A stretch of DNA of 40,689 bases from Octopus bimaculoides (lineage: Eukaryota), in NCBI RefSeq assembly GCF_001194135.2, contig NC_068988.1, positions 37,658,973 through 37,699,661 on the forward strand, given 5' to 3'. Below are positions 22,625 to 33,975 of the stretch, in pieces. A program made the position numbers and the translations under genes. How positions within the stretch are numbered: the first letter of the stretch is position 1; the number at the start of each line of letters is the position of its first letter. Under the pieces are notes generated by a model. The model was not told the DNA's origin, did not search any database, and worked only from the letters and a program-made list of their open reading frames with translations.

Positions 22625-23230
22625 TTATAAGCTGCAATTTATTATAATTTTTTTCTATGATCCAATGTATTTTCAATAAAGGTCAGATCAGGAGCTGACA
22701 CCGGCTAATATCTGTACCTCTAAATCACTTTTTAAACACATTTTGTCAAATGACGGGGTCACCCATGCTGTTGGAATATAGTGATGGAATATATACGTAG
22801 CTTCTTCGCAATATCCAGTTTTTAGAATTGTATGCGGTTATATTAGTATCCAAATACCAGTTCATCCATATTTGCAAAAATGGCTGCCTCGCCTGTAATG
22901 GACAAGCTTTGCTTGGCTCTTGCAAGTATATAACCGGGATAGTACCTTTAATGGACGATTAAATGTACATTGCTTGATGTGTTTGCCTCTGAACATAACT
23001 TTAAGCCATTCCTCCTTACTTCAATTTCTATGGTGCCTGCACAATTGCACATGATTCTGAATCTTTTTACGAGATAGCTTTGTTTTTGTACTAGGTATCT
23101 TACAACAAGCTTGAAGCTTTTCTGCGACTGACGTCTTATTATCAAAGGGCTGCGCTAGTTTACATATTCTGCACTGTCCGACGTAATTTGGCCTTTGCAA
23201 ACTATGACAATGATGCATGCCAAAATGCTG
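22625..23230 (-). pseudogene. Tc1-family (DD34E-type) transposase relic
   Basis: Minus-strand KTKLSRKKIQNHVQLCRHHRN*SKEEWLKVMF, IFQQHG*PRHLTK and APDLTFIENTLD correspond to Tc1 motifs; many stops and frameshifts. Confidence 0.7.
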
Positions 23231-23671
23231 AGCATGTTAAATCAGTGTTTGTTCGATCTCAGCAGCCAACAGTAAATGTGCCTCTTTTTCTGTTGAACTC
23301 GTCGACGTGTGAATCTCGTTTTGCACGGATATAGAAGTAACGTAAGAATGTGTGTGTATGTATAAGTATATATATATATATATGTACATGAGTGTGAATG
23401 AATAAATATGTATGTAAAATGCGTATGTGTGTATAAATAAATATATGTGTAAAATGTGCGTGATTGTATGTATGTATGTATGATAGATAGATAGATACAT
23501 CAAGGTTGGCAGTCCTCTCTGCTCACGATTTTCTGAACAGTCATGAACAGCCTAGCTAAGAGTGGGACTCAGAGTAGACTTAGATATAATAAATATCCAT
23601 CTATCCACTCTACCCAACGTATTGAGTTGTATACCAGATAATGCTTGCAGTATATAAAGTATATTATTGAT

Positions 23672-24235
23672 ATTCAAGGTATTCGGGCTAAATTTTAGAT
23701 TTTGCATAAAAGGAAAAGAAAACATAATGTCCCATCCAATAATAAAAATATTTTATAAAATCAAAAAATATCAACCAAGTTATGGTTGGGAGATAACTTT
23801 ATTCAAAGTAACTGCCCTCAGCTTCTACCGCGGCCTCAAGAGGGCTCCAGAACCTAGTGCATGCATCCTTTACAGTGTCCCAGGGAAGATCTTCGAATAC
23901 CTCCTTGATCTTGGCCATCACCTCGGCCTTGGTGTTGCCGGCAGAGTGGTTGGTGTCTTTCTCAACTGCGCTCCACACATAATCTATGGGATTACAATCA
24001 GGAAAATTAGGAAGCCAGAAATTGGAGCTGATGAAGTCGTGGAAATTCTCCGACAACAACTTCTGACTCTTTCCAGAGATATGGCAAGCAGCCGAATCCT
24101 ACTGCCACACATATGACCTTCCAGTAGCAACTTTTTCTAGCTAGGGTTTGAACACAGTCTCCAGCAGCTTCACATAGCTGTCTGAATTGAGCCTCTAAGG
24201 TTCTGTTTAAAGATGTGGGCCGACATGACCTCAAG
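23672..24235 (-). pseudogene. maT/DD37D (Tc1/mariner superfamily) transposase C-terminal relic plus probable 3' end
   Basis: LNSDSYVKLLETVFKP*LEKVATGRSYVWQ*DSA...WLPNFPDCNPIDYVWSAVEKDTN...ACTRFWSPLEAAVEAEGSYFE; I count 37 residues between the QD and NPxD aspartates after correcting one frameshift. Confidence 0.85.
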
Positions 24236-24911
24236 CTGACCCTTGTTTACTGTTTTCCTTTACAATTTGAGTTGTTTTGGCTTCATCTACAATTTCATGA
24301 GAAGGATAACATGACGTCGAAGGAGTCATCGATGAAATTGTTATGTTCGTTGTTGTTAAGAATTTATTAACACTTTAGTATACTTTGATTAATTATATAT
24401 TTAGCGCCGGTTATAATAGAAACTACGTTTTCTGGATCTCTGTAGATGATGTTACATCATTTAAGATTCCTTGCATCTCCCTAATTTCCGTCGAACGTCC
24501 GAAACATGACCTTTCCGCTATTCCCACTGGAGTAAATTGAACCACACTATGTTGATTAATTATGTGTTATTTCAACCGAGAAAGTTTGTTCCGTGTTTTC
24601 TGTTTTACGCTGTTCAATGAACACATAATCGCTTTTCTTTTTTAAAAATCGATTTCTTGTGATAACAGTCAACCTTATTTAACTTAACTTTTAATATTGT
24701 TGCTCTACCGCCCTGTATCGATAACGAAAATAGATTACCTTTTAAATTACGGACGAAAAGTAAAATATTAGACTAGGTTTAGAAGTTATGTTTTGTGACA
24801 GTGCTACGTTGTTTAAAATATTGATGTAGATAAATGCTTTTAATCTTTTAAAGCCAAAACGATGCGACTTATAAGAAATAATGCAAGTTGATAGTGTCCA
24901 CTTAATCTTGT

Positions 24912-24951
24912 ATTTCAATATTTCGGGATTAGGATCCCTACTTCAGGAAAT
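24912..24951 (-). ncRNA. Minimal type I hammerhead ribozyme motif (A9->U)
   Basis: AUUUC-CUGAAGU-A-GGGA uccuaa UCCC-GAAAUAU-U-GAAAU: 5-bp stem I, 4-bp stem II and palindromic AUAU helix III. Confidence 0.65.
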
Positions 24952-24959
24952 TTCCGAAG

Positions 24960-24999
24960 ATTTCCTGAAGAAGGGCACTGAACTCTGAAATATTGAACT
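24960..24999 (+). ncRNA. Minimal type I hammerhead ribozyme motif (intact CUGAAGA/GAAA core)
   Basis: AUUUC-CUGAAGA-AGGG cacugaa CUCU-GAAAUAU-U-GAACU; inverted partner of 24912-24951. Confidence 0.65.
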
Positions 25000-25294
25000 A
25001 CAAGATAAAGTACAAACGATCGACGTGTATTATTTATTATGACTCGCATTGTTTAGGCTTTAGAAAAAATGAAAATCATTTATTCATATCAGACAATACT
25101 TAATGCAAACTACAGTACTATTGTAGATATAGTTTTTCTGAGATAAATTTTGAGAATCCCTGATTTTAAAAATACTTTTCTCCCTATTTAGTAGCTTGTC
25201 ACGTATAACAGATGAAGACAAGCCAACGATGGGTGCCACTGTGTGATAGATCGACCTCCAATACATAGCAGTCAAATCGTTATCACTTCAAAAC

Positions 25295-25810
25295 CTTCCT
25301 TTGAATGACGGAAGGAAACATTGGATAAGATTGTCCTAGACACAATATGTGTCGATATTAAAGATGGGATGATGTAACGCTTAATGATGCAACAACCAAT
25401 AGACAACACATTACCACACTACATTATCACATGACACCAAACTACTAACTTGCATTACATATCAGCACTCTACACCACAAACCACAACTAGGGAATCTCT
25501 ACACGGTCACCCCCCCCCCCCAATTCTACCCTACTATCTTAGATAAGAAGGGCACATTGGAAAATGTAGTTCCTGGTATACGAAAAGATAGAATCGTCTT
25601 GGCTAGAATGCTTTGACCATTTATTTGTCTGGTGTATCCTGCTGGAAATAGAGGCCAAATACCTTTCACGTCATACTACCGTCTTACAAAATGGAAGGAT
25701 ACATTAGGCGTTATACTCACTGACATACAAATAGGCATAATGGCCACGGCTGGAATGCCTCTAATCATAGGTTTTCTTGCTCAGTGTTTATCTACGGCTA
25801 AACAATAACA
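25295..25810 (+). repeat. Three diverged tandem copies of an interspersed repeat (retroposon 3' end-like, (CAA)n-type tail)
   Basis: Recurrent GGAAGGAxACATTGGAxAA..GTxCT...GCTxGAATGCxTxTxAxCATAGG units; related fragments at ~15540-15610 (-) and ~29785-29845 (+). Confidence 0.5.
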
Positions 25811-25894
25811 ATATGAAGTTGTTCCCATGGTGATGGTATTTCGGTCATCGTAAGTGTTCATTTAGGAACAATAAGGAGGGCTGGAATTAATACT

Positions 25895-26070
25895 AGGTTT
25901 TGTGGGAGGGAACTAATAGATTACATCGACTAATTGCTCGACTAATTCTTATTTTATCGACCTTGCTCGCCTAATTCTTATTTTGTCGACCCTGAAGGAT
26001 AAAAGGTGAAGTCGACCTCTGCAAAATTTGAACTCAAAACGTAAAATCGGGAAAAAATGCTACTAAGCAA
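25895..26070 (-). mobile_element. SINE family B, degenerate with a short internal duplication
   Basis: GTCGACCTCTGCAAAATTTGAACTCAAAACGTAAA; TTGCTCGxCTAATTCTTATTTTxTCGACC occurs twice. Confidence 0.7.
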
Positions 26071-26229
26071 CTTGCCATCTAAATTGTGTTCTTTGAGCAG
26101 ATTCCTTCAGGTGTGATAGATATTGTTTCGGCGTTTCGTCACTCTCTTTTTTCCCTGTACTTATATGAGTTTTATCCGACACGTTGCTAGATTTAGATAG
26201 AAAAACAAAACGAAACGAAAGATTGGCTA

Positions 26230-26720
26230 TTAATTACTAGAATTCCTCAAATTATGCGCCAAGCCCCTAAACCAATATTTCATTGAGATATAAGGTATAA
26301 AGGTGTGGATGTTATTTATATGGCATGAATCAAGATGTAGTTCTCTTTTTGTTTAGTTTCTTGAAAATTCCTTTAAATTAATTGTTCTATAATTTACTTC
26401 TTGCTTTTAACTACCTCATAAACGTGTTGAAGATCAACACTAACTGCAACGTATCATCTTTTTAAAGGAGGCGATGTGTAATCGTTGGGGACGGGAATAC
26501 CAACATTTTTAAACGAGTTACGTCTTCGTTCATATCAAGATGAAAAAGTTTATCAATTTCGTTCTCAACTTGTTTTCTGATGTGAAGTGGGACCCACCTT
26601 AAATATTTTTAGATTGGGATAACATTCTTTTGTGGTGATGTGTTTTAGTTAAAAATTCTTTTACGTCTTTGAATTCCTCAATATCTTTGAATGATTTTTT
26701 TTTATCTCATTTCTGAATAT
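26230..26720 (-). pseudogene. Gypsy/Ty3-type LTR retrotransposon RT relic
   Basis: Minus-strand VPLHIRKQVENEIDKLFHLD...VDLQHVYEVVK...GIFKKL...GLGA*FEEF resembles the Gypsy RT N-terminal motifs; heavily degraded. Confidence 0.7.
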
Positions 26721-26905
26721 TGACTTGTTTTTTCGGTATCTCTATTCCGTTTAATAAATAATCCTGAGTTTCTTCATCTTTCCCCAGTACATTACGTGCT
26801 CTTGTCCTGGTTGTACGCTTTTAACTGTCCCCACAGTGCAGTTTAGGGTGTGGTTCTCTGTGAAGCAGATGTAGATTGTTTGAAGTCAACTCTCTCTTTT
26901 ACTCT

Positions 26906-27287
26906 TTTACTTGTTTCAGTCATTTGACTGCGGCCATGCTGGAGCACCGCCTTTAGTCGAGCAAATCGACCCCAGGACTTATACTTTGTAAACCTTGTAC
27001 TTATTCTATCGGTCTCTTTAGCCGAACCGCTAAGTTACAGGGACGTAAACATACCAGCATCGGTTGTCAAGCAATGTTGGGAGAACAAACACAAACACAC
27101 ATATATACATATACATATATACGACGGGCTTCTTTCAGTTTCCGTCTACCAAATCCACTCACAAGGCTTTGGTCGGCCCGAGGCTATAGTAGAAGACACT
27201 TGCCCATGGTGTCACGCAGTGGGACTGAACCCGGAACCATGTGACTGGTAAGCAAGCTACTTACCACACAGTCACTCCTGCGCCTAC
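26906..27287 (-). mobile_element. Full-length SINE family A
   Basis: tRNA-like head GGCGCAGGAGTGACTGTGTGG, CORE-like region, (TA)n/(CA)n spacer, and tail ending ACTGAAACAAGTAAAAGAG. Confidence 0.92.
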
Positions 27288-27289
27288 AG

Positions 27290-27569
27290 AGAAAAGTTAC
27301 GGGGACCTAAACACACCACCATCGGTTGTCAAGTGATGTTTGAGGGACACAGACACAAACATATACACACACACACACATATATATATACATACATATAT
27401 ATACGACGGACTTCTTTCAGCTTCCGTCTACCAAATCCACTCACAAGGCTTTGGTCGGCCCGAGGCTATAGTAGAAGACACTTGCCCAAGGTGCTACGCA
27501 GTGAGAATGAACCCGGAACCATGTGGTTGGTAAGCAAGCTACTTACCACACAGCAACTCCTGCGCCTAT
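27290..27569 (-). mobile_element. SINE family A, tandem copy lacking the distal tail
   Basis: Near-identical to 27040-27287 and directly adjacent to it. Confidence 0.9.
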
Positions 27570-28724
27570 AAATCAAAAATAAAATTTAATGGCCTTAAAT
27601 GAGGAAAACTAGAGCTCATGACCCTTTTCAGGTCCTGCGAGACAAGTGCGTGGAAACGAGGAAGTCACCCTCAAGCTGTGTACCTGGACATAATCATTGC
27701 AATAGAGTGGAGTCTGCTAAGTCACCTAAGAGCGAGATGGTGGTGTCAAACCGTGAGATGAATTAAGTCTATGTCACTTGAACGAGAACAATCCTACCAA
27801 TTGGCTTTCGCACACTTACCGCCTACCAAATTTCGCTCAAAAAGCTTTGTTCGACCCGAAGCTATATGTGCCCTAGCTGTTAACATATTCTTGTGAGTTC
27901 CTGAAGATGTGCAGTATATTTAATAGCTTATTCATTAAGCTTGGATTTTGCCTGACGGAAACATTTTCGTTCAGGCTAAGTGGGTTTTCTTTTGTTTCTT
28001 TTTTTTTTTTTTTTACGAAGTAGACTTCAAACAGTTTAACTGTATTTATGGAAGTGGTTCTTTCGCCACCCCCACTAATATAACAGTAATTACGTTTGTA
28101 TTGACCTGCTGTGTGTGTTTCTAATGTCTCACGTTAATGTGTCCGTGTGATACTCGTTGAAGAGTCGTTGTTAGTTATATATGATTGTGAATGCACCTGG
28201 AATTTTGCACTTACGAAATTTCAGAGACTCTGCAATAATGTATTTAGAAGAAATTGATATTTCGCCGACAAAACTACAACTATGATCCCTGCCCCATCAA
28301 ATACCTGAACATATTGAACCATGTTTGTCTAATCTCACTAGTAAGGTGGAGCCAGGGTCTACGACAGGGGTGCTCAACTGGCACATCAGTATGCGGCCCG
28401 AGGAGCCAAGGAGAAATCCGTGACTATCTACTTTGCTCCTCCTAAAAACAGGGCTCTGGACCCTTGAATTTTAAGAGACCCCCCAACCTCTACCTCGAGG
28501 CCAGAAAATGGTTTTGTTTCGCTTTTTCCAAATTTCTCGCGGAGTCCCTGGTAGTAGCTGTTAGTTCTGCCTGATCAGGAGTCATAAAAACAATGGTACA
28601 CAAATTTGTATTGTAAATAATCAAGTTTTTCCATAATATGTTATTCCACACCGGTTTCATTCTAATACATGATAATGATCGTAATGTACATATGTAATGG
28701 CTGGTTGTTGACAAACACGTACAT

Positions 28725-28775
28725 ACATACCTTGCGATCATGAGCCGAATACCCTAACCACTAAGCCATGCGCTT
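28725..28775 (-). mobile_element. Isolated SINE family D tRNA-like head
   Basis: Reverse complement GCGCATGGCTTAGTGGTTAGGGTATTCGGCTCATGATCGCAAGGT is related to the head at 1509. Confidence 0.6.
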
Positions 28776-28876
28776 TTTTAATTTTTCATGCTTAAATTAA
28801 AATGAGTTCAACAATACATTTTTAAAAAGCATATTGGTTGATTATAAACATACCAGTATTATAAAACATGAGTAGA

Positions 28877-29092
28877 GGTAGCGAGCTGTCAGAATCGTTA
28901 GCATCCTGGACAAAATGCTTAGCGGCATTTAGTCCGTCCTTACGTTCTGAGTTCAAATTCTGCCGAGGTCAGCTTTACCTTTCAGCGTTTTCGAGGTTCG
29001 ATAAAACAAGTACCAGTTACGCACTGGGGTCGATGTAATCGATTTATCCCTTCCCCCTGAAATTACTGGCCCTGTGCCAAAATTTGAAACTA
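28877..29092 (+). mobile_element. SINE family B
   Basis: AGGTAGCGAGCTGTCAGAATCGTTAGC...GGCCCTGTGCCAAAATTTGAAAC. Confidence 0.9.
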
Positions 29093-29111
29093 TTATTAGA
29101 AAACATAGGTA

Positions 29112-29249
29112 GAGCGGCGAGCTGGCAGAATCGTTAGTCTACCGGGCAAAATTCTTAGCAGCATTTCTTTCGGTTACATCTTCAGCCGTGGTCGACTTTG
29201 CCTTTCGGCCTTTCGAGATCGATAAAATAAGTACTGGTTGAACATGGGG
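29112..29249 (+). mobile_element. SINE family B, tandem partner, runs into the gap
   Basis: GAGCGGCGAGCTGGCAGAATCGTTAG...GATAAAATAAGTACTGGTTG. Confidence 0.85.
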
Positions 29250-30331
29250 NNNNNNNNNNNNNNNNNNNNNNNNNNNNNNNNNNNNNNNNNNNNNNNNNNN
29301 NNNNNNNNNNNNNNNNNNNNNNNNNNNNNNNNNNNNNNNNNNNNNNCGATATAATCAGAAAATTTCCGGACTTGTGCCTATTGAAGAAAGAAACAATATC
29401 ACAAAAAGGAAGTGGGAGTTTGCCAGTGAAATTGGGGCGGCGAAAGAAATCACAGCTTTAAATGTTTCCGTTAATTTTCTGTTGTTACAGGGAACAAAAA
29501 TCTTACGTTGTGCAAATATTTTTTTTCTTTTTCTTTATTCTGAGACGGAAATATGCGCGTACTGAATGCATATAGTATGATTATTAATTACTATGTTTTA
29601 GTAAACTAACCTTTTTGTGCGCACATTAATTTCATTATGTTCTCTTATCTGAAACGGTGCGCGCGCGCACGCCCACAGCTAAATATCAACAGTGTAACGC
29701 AGTGGCTCGACCTGCCAGAAATACATTGAATTCTGTAGTCCTAGATAATATGTCTGATTTATTATATTCAAATAGTCCAAATGACTACGTTAGAACGCCT
29801 TTGATCATGCCTGTTGCGTCTGGATTGAGCTGGGATTAAACAACATGGACCGTTAATAAAGTATCGTCTACCTATAACAAAGTAGTAAATCTCGTTGCCA
29901 GAGGAATTTCTCCAAGGGCAAGCAGGCAAGGAGAGAAATTACACTCCTCAGCCTTGTGAACGGAAAATGAGGCTGCTTTCTGTATGCTCTCAAAAGGTTA
30001 GTCGAAGAAATCCCTGGTCGACGTGCAAAAGTGAGTACTTTTCACCGACGTTGTGAAACGTGCAGTAATGTTTGCCAAGACTTCATGGCAGGGCGAAGCA
30101 AAACATAAAACAAAGTACGTTACACGTCCGCTCATAGGCACTGTAGTGTAGTACATTGGTCCATCGCAATACTAGGGGGATAGTCAGGACCACGGAGAGC
30201 AACATTGTCCCTTAGATCGTTGCTACTTTTGTAACACAATATGAGTGGATTGTGGTGTTGAGGTGACATGAAATTGTGTGTGTGTGTGTGTTCTCGTCTT
30301 AGAAGCACTGGAGTTAGTATTTTATAGAAAT

Positions 30332-30575
30332 TATAGTGAACTTCGAAGACTATGTAGCTGTAAAAACAGCCTAGATAATTGGGTAATTACCTCTAGAAGA
30401 CGGGAAAATGTTACCGACAGGCGCCTAAAATGAATCGAATCCTCAGCTTATTTCTGAAAGGTGCAGGTTTCGATTCTCTGTAGATGACTGCGGGCAACTT
30501 TTCTCCGTCTTGTAGGGGTAATTACCCAATTTTCTAGGCTGTTTCATAGCAATCCAGTGTTCGAAATTCGCTTTA
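30332..30575. mobile_element. Foldback MITE with about 80-bp inverted arms and TA ends (Tc1/mariner/pogo-like)
   Basis: Left arm TATAGTGAACTTCGAAGAC...AAACAGCCTAGATAATTGGGTAATTACCTCTAGAAGACGG pairs with right arm CCGTCTTGTAGGGGTAATTACCCAATTTTCTAGGCTGTTT...TTCGAAATTCGCTTTA. Confidence 0.8.
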
Positions 30576-30753
30576 TTTTTGGTAATACACACACACGCGC
30601 GCGAGCACCTGTCAAAGAATTTGTGGTCTTGTGCCTAAGCACAAATCAGTGTTTTGGTTAAACTCAGCAAATTCATAGTTCTTTCATTTATGTGTGTATA
30701 AAGACAGACAGACAGACAGATAGATATACATTGCTTTAGGACGTTGACTCCTT

Positions 30754-30900
30754 GATGAATGGAGGCATAACGTCGTCATCACTAGTGATCACTCCAGACA
30801 CTATGATGTTGACTGGATGCTTGATTTTCATCACTCTTGGTACATGTTTTGGAGACAAGGCAAGCCAACGTTTGTTCTGTGTGTTTGTTCACGATCTGTT
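30754..30900 (-). pseudogene. maT/DD37D transposase middle fragment
   Basis: TQNKRWLALSPKHVPRVMKIKHPVNIIVSGVITSDDDVMPPFI. Confidence 0.75.
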
Positions 30901-31083
30901 CGTTTTGGAGCTTCTGGCGTGAATGCCAAGCAGAACAGCTGGCAGAGTGAATTGAGTCATGGTGCTGTTTTTGTCACAGACGGTGCCTAACTGGCCCTAC
31001 TGTACTGTGTAGTCGACAAAATCAAAAACAAACAATGCGCACGCACGAAATTTAAAAAAAAGAAAATAGTGACAATTTACCCA

Positions 31084-31126
<43 letters not shown>

Positions 31127-31458
31127 AAGGTTGAAAAGGAACGCATGAGTTGATATGTATATGGAAAATAAGACAAGGTAGAAAATGCTAAAATAATTTT
31201 ATCATGAAGAANNNNNNNNNNNNNNNNNNNNNNNNNNNNNNNNNNNNNNNNNNNNNNNNNNNNNNNNNNNNNNNNNNNNNNNNNNNNNNNNNNNNNNNNN
31301 NNNNNNNNNNNNNNNNNNNNNNNNNNNNNNNNNNNNNNNNNNNNNNNNNNNNNNNNNNNNNNNNNNNNNNNNNNNNNNNNNNNNNNNNNNNNNNNNNNNN
31401 NNNNNNNNNNNNNNNNNNNNNNNNNNNNNNNNNNNNNNNNNNNNNNNNNNNNNNNNNN

Positions 31459-31502
<44 letters not shown>

Positions 31503-31923
31503 GCAGACAGACAAACAGGAAAAAGGAAAATGTCCCTTGTATTTGAAAACTATGGAAATATTTTTAAAAAACATTTCATTTAATTTTTCCGCAATATAAT
31601 TGTTTTTCATGCTTTACTCCAAGTTGAAAATGTCGCAAAGACTGAAACCGGTACTAAAATCTTCATGATAAAATTATTTTAGCATTTTCTACCTTGTCTT
31701 ATTTTCCTTTGATATATACATACATATATATGCCCAGCTCTTCGAAACGCCGGTGTTAAAACGGGGGTAGCTGATGAAGTAGAATGTTCTCTATGTGGCT
31801 TGTGTGTTTTCTCGTCTACGTTTTGTTTGCAATGTCCTGTACCCAGATATGCACCTATACATACAGGTGGATGTCGGTATGCACATACCTGTACGTATAT
31901 ATGCATATACTCATTTACTATTT

Positions 31924-31957
<34 letters not shown>

Positions 31958-32722
31958 NNNNNNNNNNNNNNNNNNNNNNNNNNNNNNNNNNNNNNNNNNN
32001 NNNNNNNNNNNNNNNNNNNNNNNNNNNNNNNNNNNNNNNNNNNNNNNNNNNNNNNNNNNNNNNNNNNNNNNNNNNNNNNNNNNNNNNNNNNNNNNNNNNN
32101 NNNNNNNNNNNNNNNNNNNNNNNNNNNNNNNNNNNNNNNNNNNNNNNNNNNNNNNNNNNNNNNNNNNNNNNNNNNNNNNNNNNNNNNNNNNNNNNNNNNN
32201 NNNNNNNNNNNNNNNNNNNNNNNNNNNNNNNNNNNNNNNNNNNNNNNNNNNNNNNNNNNNNNNNNNNNNNNNNNNNNNNNNNNNNNNNNNNNNNNNNNNN
32301 NNNNNNNNNNNNNNNNNNNNNNNNNNNNNNNNNNNNNNNNNNNNNNNNNNNNNNNNNNNNNNNNNNNNNNNNNNNNNNNNNNNNNNNNNNNNNNNNNNNN
32401 NNNNNNNNNNNNNNNNNNNNNNNNNNNNNNNNNNNNNNNNNNNNNNNNNNNNNNNNNNNNNNNNNNNNNNNNNNNNNNNNNNNNNNNNNNNNNNNNNNNN
32501 NNNNNNNNNNNNNNNNNTATATATATATTTGTCGGCTCGTTAAGATACAGGGACGTAAACAAACGAATACCAATTGTCAAGCGGTGGTTAGATACACACA
32601 CACACACACACACACACGACTGACTTCCTCACAGTTTCTATCTACTAATATATATATAGCTCCGGATCGACTAATGTCTTGTGAGAGAATTTGGTAGATA
32701 GAAACTTATACAAGGGATATAT

Positions 32723-32881
32723 ATCTGTAATATAATATGTCACAATTATTCGGTTGCCGTAATAAAACTCCGAGTTTGTCTTAATAACTGACGAGATGCC
32801 GGAGCAGATTTCCGCCCCGACATCCGAAAGTCGGAGTTTTATTATGGCAACGGAATAATTGTCACATATTATATTACAGAT
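32723..32881. mobile_element. 159-bp palindromic MITE with 51-bp TIRs
   Basis: ATCTGTAATATAATATGTCACAATTATTCGGTTGCCGTAATAAAACTCCGA versus the reverse complement of the right arm shows only 3 mismatches; no clear TSD. Confidence 0.8.
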
Positions 32882-33647
32882 CAATTCCTCTATTTACAGA
32901 ATATCGAGGTCTCATTCATTCTTTTGTTGTCATAGAAATTTTCTCCGTTACTGCTGCCATTATCGTCGTTATTGTACAGAAGTATCCTTCCACTGATTTT
33001 TGAATAAAGATTACAATGCTGCATACAAAGACACATTGTACGCTGCAGTCTTATAAAACGCAAATACGGTACGGAATTTCAGATGAGCATCCATCAACGT
33101 AACATTTAAAATTGTGTTATTGTTCTTAGAAATTTCGTTATATTTTTCTATGAGTTATAGCATCGGAGATTACGAATTGGAGATAGTTTTATTAAAAATT
33201 CCATTTTTTTTTTTGGTTTTTTTTTAACACCAGATCAAACACTCCCACAACGTCCACCTCCACACACCCCCGCCGCCTTTTTGCCACCGTGGTAACGTTT
33301 TCAGGTTGACATGTCTTCGGGAGTTTATCTGTGCATACATAGATAAATGCATACGCGCTCACACAAAGACATGCATCCCGCGCATACACATACATGCATG
33401 TTAAAGCACACTTACATTCATGTGTGTACGTCTGTGTGTGTGTGTTTGCCAAAAGAAAAAAAGACAAAAACAAAAAAAGAACTCAAATATTTATAAACTT
33501 ATTGCAAACGTGATTTGAGAGAAATGGGCCTGCATTTCTGATAGATGAAATGATTACGTAGAGATTTCTTTCGTTCACAATTTTCTAAACACGAGCCAGT
33601 TTCACTGCCAAGACACTAACTTTAAGATAGCCTGCAAGTTCGTGCTA

Positions 33648-33693
<46 letters not shown>

Positions 33694-33708
33694 NNNNNNN
33701 NNNGAGAG

Positions 33709-33759
<51 letters not shown>

Positions 33760-33762
<3 letters not shown>

Positions 33763-33975
33763 CCAAAGCAACTGCGACAGATGAATGCCAAAATAGGAAA
33801 GAAGCATTGTCACGACTGCCATCTAATCAAAGCCTACATATTTGCTCCAAGTGCCCCAGAGTTTGTCATCGAGGGATTGGTTTACATAGCCACTTAAGGG
33901 TTTGCCGCTCTTCCTCATTGTCTTCCGACACAAAGAATTACTTTCATCATCATAATCATCTTAATCATCATCATG
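33760..33975 (+). pseudogene. RTE (BovB-like) LINE 3' end with C2H2-type C-terminus and (CAT)n tail
   Basis: Frame LHICSKCPRVCHRGIGLHSHLRVCR resembles the CxxC..RIGLxSHxR terminus of RTE ORF2; followed by CATCATCATAATCATC. Confidence 0.7.

Noticed and set aside
23667-24116. 149-aa plus-strand ORF
   Set aside because: It is the antisense shadow of the maT transposase relic
24446-24532. Possible exon DVTSFKIPCISLISVERPKHDLSAIPTG
   Set aside because: The phase is incompatible with the phase-2 donor (immediate TGA), the donor is weak and I recognise no homology
29846-29885. GPLIKYRLPITK as a third copy of the KYRTPNF exon
   Set aside because: There is an in-frame stop a few codons upstream, no PTKIDES motif and no GT donor at the matching position, and it directly follows a repeat tail
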